Source: Microgenomates group bacterium GW2011_GWF2_46_18
GTDB lineage: Bacteria; Patescibacteriota; Microgenomatia; UBA1400; UBA12108
Assembly: GCA_001002415.1 (NCBI GenBank)
Contig: LCMB01000006.1
Span: 1-48,143 of the forward strand
Length of the DNA: 48,143 bases
Direction: 5' to 3'
Both the position numbers and the translations under genes were made by a program. Each line of letters starts with the position of its first letter. Within the stretch, counting starts at the first letter, position 1. Positions 18,584 to 27,941 of this stretch are shown here, one piece after another. The notes beneath the pieces are model-generated. The model saw nothing but the letters and a program-made list of their open reading frames with translations. It did no database searches and was not told where the DNA came from.

Positions 18584-18916
18584 ATGCAAGAAGTCCTCGA
18601 ATTTGTTCTCAAAAATATCGTAACTCACCCAGACGATGTCAAAATCGATACGGCTGACGAAGCCGGTACTACCAACTATCTTATTACCGTTCACAGTGAC
18701 GATGTTGGCCGAATTATTGGCAAAGAAGGCAAAGTTATCAAAGCTATCCGCACCATTATGCGGGTGATCGCCATCCAAAAGGGTGTTCACGTCCGCGTCT
18801 CAGTCCTTTCCGAAAACTCCGCTCCCACCGAACCTACCGAACCCACTCCTGCTCCCGAAGAAGCTCCTGCTCCCGAAGAGGTTCCTCCTACTGATGGTCT
18901 TACGGTTGAGGTGTAA
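18584..18916 (+). CDS. khpA: KH-domain RNA-binding protein (KhpA) with Pro/Glu-rich tail
   Basis: DVGRIIGKEGKVIKAIRTI (GxxG); follows rpsP; AAGGAG RBS. Confidence 0.9.
   Translation: MQEVLEFVLKNIVTHPDDVKIDTADEAGTTNYLITVHSDDVGRIIGKEGKVIKAIRTIMRVIAIQKGVHVRVSVLSENSAPTEPTEPTPAPEEAPAPEEVPPTDGLTVEV
18846..18879 (+). repeat. in-frame 18-bp-period tandem duplication in the khpA tail
   Basis: CTCCTGCTCCCGAAGA at 18846-18861 and 18864-18879 (PAPEE x2). Confidence 0.8.
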
Positions 18917-19649
18917 AAAGACTAGCTCTCCCAACTACCTCTCCTGCTGTCTCTGCAAGTTCTGGCGCTACATATCGGCGATACCCAGATAATCGGGTAA
19001 AATATTCCTCTTCTTTTTGATCAAATAGGGTAATCTGTCCTTTTACCCCCACAGAGTCCGCTCCCGCCCACAACATCCCCAACCCCAGGGACAGGGTGTA
19101 TTCTCCCTCCTCGCTGGCGCTTACTTTTACATCCCCAATCTGCATGAGTGGTAAGGTAGTTTCAACCGTTCGCAAAAACGCATAAATACTCTCCTGTGAG
19201 CCGGTAATCTTGATTTCTGTATCCAAACTATCCAGCTTCAAATCTGGCGTTCTGGCTGTTTTCCCTTTGGTAGTAGCACTTGTGCTGGCCGCTTTGATCT
19301 CTCCTCCCTCCAAACTAATTCCGCCAAAGCTGACCCCCAATTCCTGCGACAACCCACTAATTGCCGTCAAATACAGCATCACATCCCGCTTAGGTGGCAA
19401 AGCCGCATCCAACACGGTTACCCTCTCTTTTAAGACACTCTGATCAATTCCTGCCAAAATACTAACTTTCTTCGCCAAGTCTTCCAGTTCTTCAGTTTTA
19501 GTCCGTAGCTGTTTGGTCGTTTTGTTAATGGATCCTATTAGTGGCAAAGCCACCAGCAAAATCATCAATCCCGCGACTCCCGCAATAATTATAGCCAAGA
19601 CCAAACTGCGGTGACGTGTAATCAATCCTGTCAAAACGTTTTCCTTCAT
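18900..19649 (-). CDS. pilO: type IV pilus assembly protein PilO-like
   Basis: N-terminal TM, coiled coil, 'AALPPKRDV', ferredoxin-like C-terminus; follows pilM-pilN. Confidence 0.75.
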   Translation of the reverse strand: MKENVLTGLITRHRSLVLAIIIAGVAGLMILLVALPLIGSINKTTKQLRTKTEELEDLAKKVSILAGIDQSVLKERVTVLDAALPPKRDVMLYLTAISGLSQELGVSFGGISLEGGEIKAASTSATTKGKTARTPDLKLDSLDTEIKITGSQESIYAFLRTVETTLPLMQIGDVKVSASEEGEYTLSLGLGMLWAGADSVGVKGQITLFDQKEEEYFTRLSGYRRYVAPELAETAGEVVGRASLFTPQP

Positions 19650-20195
19650 CTAACTACCTTTCGCTATACTTAAATCAAGTGTCAACTGATAATTTTGTTC
19701 AGAATCCTGGCTAACTCCGCGCGAAACTACCTGGCTAAAAAACGAGTTCTCCTGTTTAAAGTAATCAATCGCCGCATTAAACGCGGATACATCCAAGGCT
19801 GTGAGCTGGATTCGAACCGTATAACCATCCAAAAACTCCATACTACTGATATTTACTCCCGGGATCACAATCGCGAACAGTTCCTGCAATGCCTGCCGTG
19901 CCAATGACTGATCATCCAAAAACTCTGTAATCAATCCCAATCGGCTTTTCAAATAAAGCTGCTCTGCGTTAGCCTGGGTGAATGCCTGCAACTCGGCAGC
20001 TGCCTGGGCAATTTCCCCCTGAACGTTTGTTAGCTTCTGCTTCATAAAAAAGTTCCAAAGAGTAAGCGCCACTACCACTACTCCGACACTAATTCCCGCT
20101 ACCAAACTGAGCCGCAAGTAGTTTCGTTCCCGCTGATAATCCTTCTCCGTTAGGGTGCGCTTATTCTTTAGCAAATTAACTTGTAAATTGGCCAT
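19650..20195 (-). CDS. pilN: type IV pilus assembly protein PilN-like
   Basis: N-terminal VNLL PilM-binding motif, TM helix, coiled coil; between pilM and pilO. Confidence 0.8.
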   Translation of the reverse strand: MANLQVNLLKNKRTLTEKDYQRERNYLRLSLVAGISVGVVVVALTLWNFFMKQKLTNVQGEIAQAAAELQAFTQANAEQLYLKSRLGLITEFLDDQSLARQALQELFAIVIPGVNISSMEFLDGYTVRIQLTALDVSAFNAAIDYFKQENSFFSQVVSRGVSQDSEQNYQLTLDLSIAKGS

Positions 20196-20203
20196 AATAA
20201 CTC

Positions 20204-21226
20204 CTAAAACACCCGCATAGCTAACCCGATCGAGACCGCATAACTAGCTCGGTCCTTGGGGATCACCACTCCCTTTACCGGCTTCGCCCACGCCATAGGG
20301 TCAGCCATCACCACTTCAATCCCCCCAAACACTCCCGACAAATATGCCGGTAGTCCTGGTAGATAAGCCCCACCTCCCGATAACACCACTCGGTCAACCT
20401 TGGTTTTTTGCACGGTTAAATAGTTCTCCATCGCTTTTCTCATCTCTCCGACCAATGATTCCAGAGCCAAAAGTAACCCCGTTCGGACTTTTCCTTCCAT
20501 CATCGTTTCATCTAATCCATAGGTCCGTTTGTACTCTTCAGCCTGGGGTAGGGGAAGTGCCAGCGATTGGGCTAAGGCTCTGGTTAAGGCTACTCCGCCG
20601 ATTTGGGCCACATACGAAAATACCAATTCTCCATGGTCAACTATCGCCAGTACACTCGATAACGATCCCAAATTGACCAACATACTAGTAACGTCCGGCG
20701 TTCCAAACGTAAGCGATCGGGTTAGGGCCACCATCTCACTTTCAATCGCAATCGGCTCTAGCCCACACCCAATCACCAAATCCGTCACTTCGGTCAAATA
20801 TTTCTTCGTAGCCGCAACCAAATACACACTCATCTTCCCTTCTTTACCTGCCGCTGCCTGTTTAACTACCGTGTAATCAATCTCTACTTCCGAAACTGGT
20901 ACCGGGATAAACTGCTCCGCCTCCCATTTGATTGCACTGGCTAGCTCCGCATCCGACATTTTAGGCATTTCGACTATCCGGCTAAATACCTTGGCCTCCG
21001 GTACTGCCACTACCACTCTTCTTTCTCTAATCCCGCTCTCTTTAAGTGCCTGTTTCACCGCCCCAGTTGCACTCAATACCACCTGCTGATCGGCAAAATC
21101 CAGTGACCCCGCCGGGTTACTCACTCCCCCTATGGCATTTAACACAAACCCCTTGGTTCCGGTCAAAGTCAGCTGACACACCTTAATTGCGGTTGCCCCC
21201 AAATCCAAAGCAAAAAATGATCCCAT
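20204..21226 (-). CDS. pilM: type IV pilus assembly protein PilM
   Basis: Actin-like ALDLGATAIK, WEAEQFIPVP, IGGVALTRALA, VLSGGGAYLPGL, SIGLAMR. Confidence 0.95.
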   Translation of the reverse strand: MGSFFALDLGATAIKVCQLTLTGTKGFVLNAIGGVSNPAGSLDFADQQVVLSATGAVKQALKESGIRERRVVVAVPEAKVFSRIVEMPKMSDAELASAIKWEAEQFIPVPVSEVEIDYTVVKQAAAGKEGKMSVYLVAATKKYLTEVTDLVIGCGLEPIAIESEMVALTRSLTFGTPDVTSMLVNLGSLSSVLAIVDHGELVFSYVAQIGGVALTRALAQSLALPLPQAEEYKRTYGLDETMMEGKVRTGLLLALESLVGEMRKAMENYLTVQKTKVDRVVLSGGGAYLPGLPAYLSGVFGGIEVVMADPMAWAKPVKGVVIPKDRASYAVSIGLAMRVF

Positions 21227-21283
21227 GGGCAGATTACTCCTCTAAATGTTATCTATGCTATCTTCTACTATATACTAGCCTCT

Positions 21284-22087
21284 CTATTTCACAATAGTCC
21301 CAGCCGCAAATACCGCGTAATCAAATACGCTTCCCGAGGCATCGAGCCCCCTCTTAACTTCGATTTCCTGTTTAGCGTCCCCGCCGCCCGCCACCGATTT
21401 AACCAAATACAACTGAGTCGTTAGCGGACTTCCCGCCGCCCCCACAACCTGCAGGGTTGCTCCATGATAAATCATTTTTACTCTCAATACCCCCTCACTT
21501 CCCACCTCAATCGGATGATTTTTGGCACTTAAATAAGTCGCATTGACCCCCGAACTCACCGCAAAACTATTGCTGGTAGTTAAAGCAGCATGGCAACTCG
21601 ATGGGTTGTAATATGCCCGCTTTGTTGCTCCTGTCGTTGGAATCTGAGTTACCTCGATAGCTGCCGGTACCGTCCCACTACCTTCTACTCCACACCCAGG
21701 ATCTTCCGCCGTATTCTTTTTAGTCCATCTCAAAGTAATGGTAGCTCCAGTATAATCCGTCAAATCTATCTGGGCAGTATCGCCCTCAGCCAAATACAGG
21801 GAGTGAGATTGTAGTTCCTGAACTTTATAAAAACCAGTGACATTCCCCGTACTGTCTCCAATAGTTACATTACCCGTATTCACCGTCCCTTGTCTAAGTT
21901 CATTGAGAGCATTCTCGATTCCTCCCTCAGCCAAACTAAAAGCCGCTCCACTCTCTCTTTCCTGCCTGGACAAAGTCGTATCGGCCAAACTCCGTAGAGC
22001 TACCGATAATACTAAGGAAATCAATAACCCCATGACTACCAACAAGACCAATCCCACCTGCCCACTCTGCAATTCTTTTTGTTTCAC
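21284..22087 (-). CDS. PilX-like minor pilin
   Basis: SGQVGLVLLVVMGLL...AAFSLAEGGIENAL: PilX N-terminal signature, no Glu5. Confidence 0.8.
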   Translation of the reverse strand: MKQKELQSGQVGLVLLVVMGLLISLVLSVALRSLADTTLSRQERESGAAFSLAEGGIENALNELRQGTVNTGNVTIGDSTGNVTGFYKVQELQSHSLYLAEGDTAQIDLTDYTGATITLRWTKKNTAEDPGCGVEGSGTVPAAIEVTQIPTTGATKRAYYNPSSCHAALTTSNSFAVSSGVNATYLSAKNHPIEVGSEGVLRVKMIYHGATLQVVGAAGSPLTTQLYLVKSVAGGGDAKQEIEVKRGLDASGSVFDYAVFAAGTIVK

Positions 22088-22105
22088 CCCTCTATCAAAG
22101 CAAAC

Positions 22106-22134
22106 TTGACCCCATCCGTCAATTACGCCATACT
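22106..22134 (+). promoter_or_regulatory. promoter of the pilin block, with TTGAC-N7-GTCAA palindrome
   Basis: TTGACC (22106-22111), 17 nt spacer, CATACT (22129-22134), 6 nt, GTG start. Inverted repeat at 22106-22122. Confidence 0.6.
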
Positions 22135-22140
22135 CAAAGA

Positions 22141-22554
22141 GTGAAAGGTTTTACTTTAATCGAGCTTCTTGTAGTAATGGCCATCCTTGGTATTCTCTCG
22201 GTCATCGGCTTTGGCAGTTTCCAATCCGCTAGAATCAAAGCTCAAGACGCCAAAACCAAATCCGATCTTGCTCAGGTTGCTAAAAGCCTCGAAGCGTACC
22301 AAAACGATCATCGCACTTATCCAACCACTGATCTTACTTGGGGAGCAGCCTTTACCGATGGTACTACCATATATTTTGCCAAACTTCCCGAAGCTCCCAC
22401 CGGTAACTATTACTATGCTTCCGACGGTACCGGTTTTACTCTCTATGGTCGCCTTCAAAACAGCGATGATCCCGCTATCGAAGTCTTTGATCCCCCAATA
22501 GATTGTGGTACCGTCGTGTGCAATTACAAAATTACCAGTAGTAACCTCCCATGA
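22141..22554 (+). CDS. type IV pilin / GspG-like prepilin
   Basis: KG|FTLIELLVVMAILG class III signal; DAKTKSDL...YP; C-terminal Cys pair. Confidence 0.92.
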   Translation: MKGFTLIELLVVMAILGILSVIGFGSFQSARIKAQDAKTKSDLAQVAKSLEAYQNDHRTYPTTDLTWGAAFTDGTTIYFAKLPEAPTGNYYYASDGTGFTLYGRLQNSDDPAIEVFDPPIDCGTVVCNYKITSSNLP

Positions 22555-23042
22555 TAAAAAAACTTGGTTTTACCCTAATCGAACTCCTAGTTGTCATCGC
22601 CATTATCGGGATTTTGGCTGCCCTAGTCTTATCCAACCTCCAAGGTGCCCGGGAACGCGCCCGTGATGCCCGCCGCAAAAACGATCTTCACGCTGTCTCT
22701 CAATCCCTCCGCCTTTACTACAACGATAATCAGGGTTTCCCCCCCTCAAGCACCAGCACCTACAAGATCCAAGGTTGTGGGGTCTCAGTCTGTGAGTGGG
22801 GAAGTACCTTTACCGACGGCGGGACCGTCTACATGAACCGGCTCCCTCTCGACCCTTCCAGTAGTGCTAGCAACCCTATTACATACTATTACTATTCTGC
22901 TGATACCGATCAGTTCGCCCTGATCGCTACTCTCGAAAACCAATCAGACTCCGAGATCGCCGATTCTCAAGCAAGGTGCGAAACTGCTCTTGACGGTTAC
23001 ACAGTCACTGAATCAACTGATTACGTTGTTTGTGCCGAATAA
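22551..23042 (+). CDS. type IV pilin / GspG-like prepilin
   Basis: LG|FTLIELLVVIAIIG; ARDARRKNDL; LPLDP; ATLEN. Confidence 0.93.
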   Translation: MIKKLGFTLIELLVVIAIIGILAALVLSNLQGARERARDARRKNDLHAVSQSLRLYYNDNQGFPPSSTSTYKIQGCGVSVCEWGSTFTDGGTVYMNRLPLDPSSSASNPITYYYYSADTDQFALIATLENQSDSEIADSQARCETALDGYTVTESTDYVVCAE

Positions 23043-23060
23043 TCTATAAGGAGGTTTTTT

Positions 23061-23468
23061 ATGCGCCGCCAAGGTTTCACCCTCATCGAACTTCTAGTTG
23101 TGATCTCGATCATTGGTGTCTTAATTACTAGTGCCATGACCAGCTACATCAACGCCCAAAAGAAAAGCCGCGACGCCCGACGTCGTAACGATATGAAAAC
23201 CATCCAGCTTACTCTCGAACAGTACTATGCCACCACCGGCGCCGGCAGCTATGCTGCGGTTGCCACCGCCTTTAGTCCCCAGCCAGTTCCCAGTGACCCC
23301 AAACCTTCTCCTCACACCCAATACCAAACCAGCACAATCGATACCGACAGCTATTGTATCTGCGCTACCCTCGAAGAAACCACCAAAGGCAATGCTACTG
23401 CCGGAGCCGCTTCTGGTTGTACCTGGAATTCTGCCGGTACACTTTATTGTGTCCAAAATCAACAATAG
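23061..23468 (+). CDS. type IV pilin / GspG-like prepilin
   Basis: QG|FTLIELLVVISIIG; SRDARRRNDM; PSDP; YCICATLE; AGGAGG RBS. Confidence 0.93.
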   Translation: MRRQGFTLIELLVVISIIGVLITSAMTSYINAQKKSRDARRRNDMKTIQLTLEQYYATTGAGSYAAVATAFSPQPVPSDPKPSPHTQYQTSTIDTDSYCICATLEETTKGNATAGAASGCTWNSAGTLYCVQNQQ

Positions 23469-23475
23469 GAGGGAT

Positions 23476-23877
23476 ATGAAAAAAGGCTTTACACTAATCG
23501 AACTCTTAGTCGTCTCGACCATTATCATCACCCTGATCGGGATCGGGAGTGTCAGTTACGTCCGTGCGCTCCAAACATCTCGTGACAGTCGCCGCAAAAC
23601 TGATCTCGAACAAATTCGTCAAGCCCTCGAAACCTACCGTTCCGAAAATGGTAGCTATCCAACTACCGCCACCTGGAAAAACTCCGGTGTCCTTTACCCG
23701 ACTTACTTAACCACCATCCCCTCCGATCCCAAAGCCGGCTATCTCTATGGTTATATTCGCACTACCGCCACCACCTATGTTCTTTGTGCCGCTCTTGAAG
23801 TTACTACTACACCTATCTCCTGTGGAACCGGAACTTGTGGAACAGGGACATGCTCATATGCCGCCACCAATCCCTAA
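23476..23877 (+). CDS. type IV pilin / GspG-like prepilin
   Basis: Start 23476 after AGGAGG; KKG|FTLIELLVV; SRDSRRKTDLEQI; PSDP; YVLCAALE. Confidence 0.93.
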   Translation: MKKGFTLIELLVVSTIIITLIGIGSVSYVRALQTSRDSRRKTDLEQIRQALETYRSENGSYPTTATWKNSGVLYPTYLTTIPSDPKAGYLYGYIRTTATTYVLCAALEVTTTPISCGTGTCGTGTCSYAATNP

Positions 23878-24337
23878 ATATCTTCCGGGATTTACCCTGG
23901 TAGAACTCCTTATTATCAGCGCCATTACCGCTATTTTGGTGGTAGCCGGCCTCTCAGCCTACCGCCAAGCCGCTGATCGCCAAACCGTCAATAACTCCGC
24001 CGAATTGATAATGAGCACCTTCCAATCCGCCCAAAAACGGGCGCAAATCAGTGACAAACAATGTGATGGCATTTATTTAGGTGAAAGAGTTGTTGTCAGT
24101 ACGAATACTCTAGTCACCAGTTCTCTTTGCGATGGCGACACAGTAACGTTGGAGACAATTACTATCCCCAATGTCACTTCTATTACTTCCGCCACGATTA
24201 TTTTCCGCCCTCTTTCAGGCGGAGTCGACTTAGGGGGTGGTACCTCTTTGACGCTTGTAGTTACTTCCAGTACTGGCGCCACCGCCAGTTTTTTACTAAC
24301 CCAAAGCGGCACCATCGAATATTTAGGGATTGATTAA
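23858..24337 (+). CDS. FimT/GspH-like minor pilin
   Basis: PG|FTLVELLII...FQSAQKRAQ...IIFRPLSGG...LTQSGTI, the FimT-like pattern. Confidence 0.82.
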   Translation: MPPPIPKYLPGFTLVELLIISAITAILVVAGLSAYRQAADRQTVNNSAELIMSTFQSAQKRAQISDKQCDGIYLGERVVVSTNTLVTSSLCDGDTVTLETITIPNVTSITSATIIFRPLSGGVDLGGGTSLTLVVTSSTGATASFLLTQSGTIEYLGID

Positions 24338-24339
24338 AT

Positions 24340-24819
24340 ATGCGCAAACTGCTGGGCCAATCTATCGTCGAAACTACCATTGCCGCCGGCCTCATCATGG
24401 TCTGTTTTGTCGCTGCTTTGTCACTCCTCAACTACACCATCAAACAAAACACCTATGCCCGGCAGCTCTCCGTTGCCAACAAATATGCCTACCAAGCAGC
24501 CGACTGGCTCCGGGCCGAGAAAAGCCTCCTTGGCTGGACCGACTTTACCGCCAAACTAGTTACCGATGCCGCTGGAAGTAATACTGTCAGCTACTGCCTG
24601 ATCACTTTGCCAGCTCCCACCATCGCTGCTTTTACCACTTTAGCTAAAGGCGCTTGTAGCTCCACTAACTACATCACGGGTACCACCATTACTCGTGAAC
24701 TCACTCTCAACCTCGCCAGTCGCGCCAGCGGCATCATCTCCGGCGTAATCACCACCTCTTGGCAAGCCAATACTACTCGTACTACCAGTCTCGAATTGGA
24801 GCTTTCCCAATGGAATTAA
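24340..24819 (+). CDS. PilV-like minor pilin
   Basis: GQSIVETTIA prepilin-like N-terminus; ANKYAYQAADWLR; ITRELT...TSW. Confidence 0.78.
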   Translation: MRKLLGQSIVETTIAAGLIMVCFVAALSLLNYTIKQNTYARQLSVANKYAYQAADWLRAEKSLLGWTDFTAKLVTDAAGSNTVSYCLITLPAPTIAAFTTLAKGACSSTNYITGTTITRELTLNLASRASGIISGVITTSWQANTTRTTSLELELSQWN

Positions 24820-25298
24820 CTAAAACAAAGTCCGGTTTCTCGCTGATCGAACTCTTGGTCGTGGTCGGCCTGACCAGTATTTTGGGACTTGCCATCTCAG
24901 CAGTTCTTTTAACTAGTCTTACTAACAGTGCCAGGATCCGTGCCCAAAGCAAAATCAAAGCTGCCGGAGACTACACCATCACCCAAATCCAAAGTTTAAT
25001 CAGAAACTCCCGCGAAGTAACTAGTTGCAACTCCACCACCAACACTATCGTTTTGGTCAACCAAGACCGAGAAACTACTACTCTGGCCCTAAGCGGGACC
25101 GCTATTGCCAGTAACTCCGCCGCCTTAACGCCTGCCAACCAGACAGTTTCCAACTTTGACCTCAACTGTGAACCAAGCAACACTAATCCTCGACTAATTA
25201 ATTTAGCTTTTGATTTATCCCTTACTTCCGCCAATCTCCGCTTAGGGGAGAGTCCCAGCCTTCACTTTGCCACTTCTATCCTAGTAAGAAACGAATAA
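24810..25298 (+). CDS. PilW/GspJ-like minor pilin
   Basis: Start 24810; SG|FSLIELLVVVGL; IQSLIRNS; ends FATSILVRN. Confidence 0.82.
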   Translation: MELTKTKSGFSLIELLVVVGLTSILGLAISAVLLTSLTNSARIRAQSKIKAAGDYTITQIQSLIRNSREVTSCNSTTNTIVLVNQDRETTTLALSGTAIASNSAALTPANQTVSNFDLNCEPSNTNPRLINLAFDLSLTSANLRLGESPSLHFATSILVRNE

Positions 25299-26067
25299 TA
25301 GCTTCTCCCCACCACAAAGCCAGGGTGGCTCCCAACACCATAAACGGCCCAAAGGGGATGGTCGAACCCATTTTTTTCTTCCCCAGTCCAATCAAAATTA
25401 TTCCCACGATTGCCCCGACCACAAAAGCCAAAAGTGCCGCAACCAGTGTTCTTGGCCAGCCTACCAATACTCCAAGTAAAAAGGCCAAATACGGGTCTCC
25501 CTCTCCCATCCCGCGTCCTTTGGTCAAGTACCGCAGTCCCGCCAAAAATCCTGCATACCCGAGTCCCGCCAACAAAGCAAGCCCTCCATCCACCAGTTGG
25601 TACTGTCCAAACAACCACAGAATTATCCGATACCCTACTACACTCACTACTCCGATTTTGACTAATGGCATCAAAATCACTCCGCCGTACGCATCCGCTA
25701 CCGCCACAATCAGTAGAACTACTCCCGTTATCAGCCAAAACAACGGTTGAATGACCAATAGGGGAGTGACAGCCAAGCGAAAGAACATAAACCCAACCAA
25801 AAGCCACCACACAAACAAAGTGCCAAACAAGAGTTCAACCAGCGGGTGACGCCAGGACAAACGTTTGTGGCAGCAGCGTGATTTCCCTTGGTAGAACAAG
25901 TAAGAGAGGAGGGGAATCATGTCATACCAAGCGAGGGTTTTACCGCAGTGATCACACTTGCTTCTACCTTTAATCCAATCCTTCCCCGCAATCGACCGCT
26001 CAACCAAGACATTGACAAAGCTTCCAACCGCCGCCCCAAAAAAAAATGTGAGAATGAGTAACCCCAT
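25276..26067 (-). CDS. pilD: prepilin peptidase (A24)
   Basis: GSFVNVLVER, RSKCDHC, IPLLSY...GKSRCC, MGEGD, IPFGPFM. Start ATG 26067 (TAAAAT 6 nt upstream) or GTG 26073. Confidence 0.95.
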   Translation of the reverse strand: MGLLILTFFFGAAVGSFVNVLVERSIAGKDWIKGRSKCDHCGKTLAWYDMIPLLSYLFYQGKSRCCHKRLSWRHPLVELLFGTLFVWWLLVGFMFFRLAVTPLLVIQPLFWLITGVVLLIVAVADAYGGVILMPLVKIGVVSVVGYRIILWLFGQYQLVDGGLALLAGLGYAGFLAGLRYLTKGRGMGEGDPYLAFLLGVLVGWPRTLVAALLAFVVGAIVGIILIGLGKKKMGSTIPFGPFMVLGATLALWWGEAIIRFLLG

Positions 26068-26095
26068 CCTCACATTTTATCAGTTTCTTTACTAG

Positions 26096-26707
26096 TTATG
26101 GCAGACAAATAAAACACGCAGTCGCAAGATCTGAAGTAGCAGCCGTTGCACAAGTTCCACCTGCCGGACAGGCGAGTGGAGGGAAATCCCCTGGCAACGC
26201 TCTTGCTACACCATCATCAGAACACCTCTTCCACGCTTCTTCCCTGAACGATGCTGATTTCGGAGTAAAACAAATATAAGTCGAGTCAGAACTCAAACTT
26301 CCCTCATTGAAAATTCTCAAAGGTGTAGTTTGCTCAGCATTAATAATTCTCGTTATAAATGACTCTTTTACTTCAGAAGTCCCTCCGCTCGACAAATTTG
26401 CCAACATATCCTCACCGTCCGCACCCACAGCAATAGTCGTTGTAGCGGTCCCTTGTAACTCTACCCACGCTGCCGCAAGATTCTCCGACTCATTATCAGC
26501 CATCCATGGATAATAACCTCTACCAGCATAATATCTATCAACTGCGGATAATAATTGCTCCGCATCCGATCTAGTTCCCGTATCCTTACCCCGGTTGATC
26601 TGCTCAATCGGGTTGATAGCCGCCAAGACAGCAACCGCCAAGATACCCAAAACGGCAATCACGATTAACAGCTCGATCATGGTGAAACCTAATTTTCTTA
26701 AAAACAT
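26096..26707 (-). CDS. type IV pilin, probable major pilin
   Basis: LG|FTMIELLIVIAVLGILAVAVLAAINPIEQINRGKD; directly after pilC; strong GGAGGT RBS; Cys-rich C-terminus. Confidence 0.88.
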   Translation of the reverse strand: MFLRKLGFTMIELLIVIAVLGILAVAVLAAINPIEQINRGKDTGTRSDAEQLLSAVDRYYAGRGYYPWMADNESENLAAAWVELQGTATTTIAVGADGEDMLANLSSGGTSEVKESFITRIINAEQTTPLRIFNEGSLSSDSTYICFTPKSASFREEAWKRCSDDGVARALPGDFPPLACPAGGTCATAATSDLATACFICLP

Positions 26708-26741
26708 ATATTACCTCCTATATCTAATCATTATGCGCACA

Positions 26742-27938
26742 TTAGAATGCACTCGTCAAGTTGTAGATGGGGACCACGATCGCAATCACCAAAAATCCGA
26801 CTCCCAGTCCTAATATGACCATAATAATCGGCTCCATCGCACTCGACAGATTCTTGATCGCATGTTCACTCTCCACCTCAAAATACCCAGCAACCCGGGT
26901 CAAGATTTCATCCAATTTCCCTGTTTGCTCGCCAACCGACACCATCTGCGGCACAATCATCGGGAATACTTCTTGCCTAGCAAGAGATACCGCCAATGCA
27001 TTTCCTTTCTCCACTTCGCCAGCCACCACTTCCAAAGCATTATGCATCACAGTATTCCCCACCACATCTTTCACAATTCGGATAGCTTCAACCAACGCGA
27101 CTCCCGCCGAAACCAATAGAGCCAGCGTGCGGGTAAACTCGGCCATCGTTGTCATCATCTTGATCTTGCCAAAAATCGGCAGCTTAAACAAAAACTTATC
27201 AATTGCGAGCGCTCCCAGTTTAGTTTTACGCCACGCTTGAAGGGCATAACCAGCCCCCATAATTCCTGCAATCACCAAATACCACGCCCGGCTCACCAAA
27301 TTAGAAGCTCCAATCAAAATCTTCGTAACTGCCGGCAGTTCCACATTAAAATCCTGATACATCAAAGTCATCTTTGGCAAGACAAAAATCATCATCACTC
27401 CCGCAACCAACATCATCCCGATTAATACCACCACAGGGTAAATCAACGCTCCCTTAGTTTTCGCCCGAAACTCCCGCTGTTTCTCCAAGTTATCTGCTAG
27501 TCGTGCCAAAACCGTATCCAATACTCCCGCCGCCTCACCTGCCGCAACCAAGGCCACATACACCGGACTAAACGTATCTTTATGGGCCCGAAGCGCATTT
27601 GCCAAGGTCGAACCACCCTCAATCGACTTTAAGACTTCGGCAATCTGCACCTGCATGACAGGCGAGACCTGTACCTGCAAAATCGACAAGGCATCTGTTA
27701 GAGGCAGCCCCGCTCCGATCATGGTGGAGAGTTGGCGGGTGAAATTGACCACGTCATCAAACTTAACTTTATTCCCAAAATTAAACAGTCCACCCCCAGC
27801 TTTAAGTTCATGTAATTCAACTATCACCAAATTCTGTCCCCGCAACACCTCCGCCGCCGTTGCTACACTTTGAGCTTCAACTATTCCCTTACGCAGTAAT
27901 CCCTCTTTTGATCTTGCCCTAAATCTAAATCGTTGCAT
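26742..27938 (-). CDS. pilC: type IV pilus platform protein PilC (GspF family)
   Basis: FTRQLSTMIGAGLPL, GEAAGVLD, ALIYP, GEQTGKLD, MEPIIM. Confidence 0.96.
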   Translation of the reverse strand: MQRFRFRARSKEGLLRKGIVEAQSVATAAEVLRGQNLVIVELHELKAGGGLFNFGNKVKFDDVVNFTRQLSTMIGAGLPLTDALSILQVQVSPVMQVQIAEVLKSIEGGSTLANALRAHKDTFSPVYVALVAAGEAAGVLDTVLARLADNLEKQREFRAKTKGALIYPVVVLIGMMLVAGVMMIFVLPKMTLMYQDFNVELPAVTKILIGASNLVSRAWYLVIAGIMGAGYALQAWRKTKLGALAIDKFLFKLPIFGKIKMMTTMAEFTRTLALLVSAGVALVEAIRIVKDVVGNTVMHNALEVVAGEVEKGNALAVSLARQEVFPMIVPQMVSVGEQTGKLDEILTRVAGYFEVESEHAIKNLSSAMEPIIMVILGLGVGFLVIAIVVPIYNLTSAF

Positions 27939-27941
27939 AGC

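Noticed and set aside
18821-18895. Pro/Glu repeats in the KhpA tail as a contingency locus
   Set aside because: Only two in-frame copies in a disordered tail; no frameshifting potential.
22088-25310. Actively phase-variable invertible pilin cassette (shufflon)
   Set aside because: No flanking inverted repeats or recombinase visible, and codon skew is already adapted to the present orientation; kept only as a fixed inversion.
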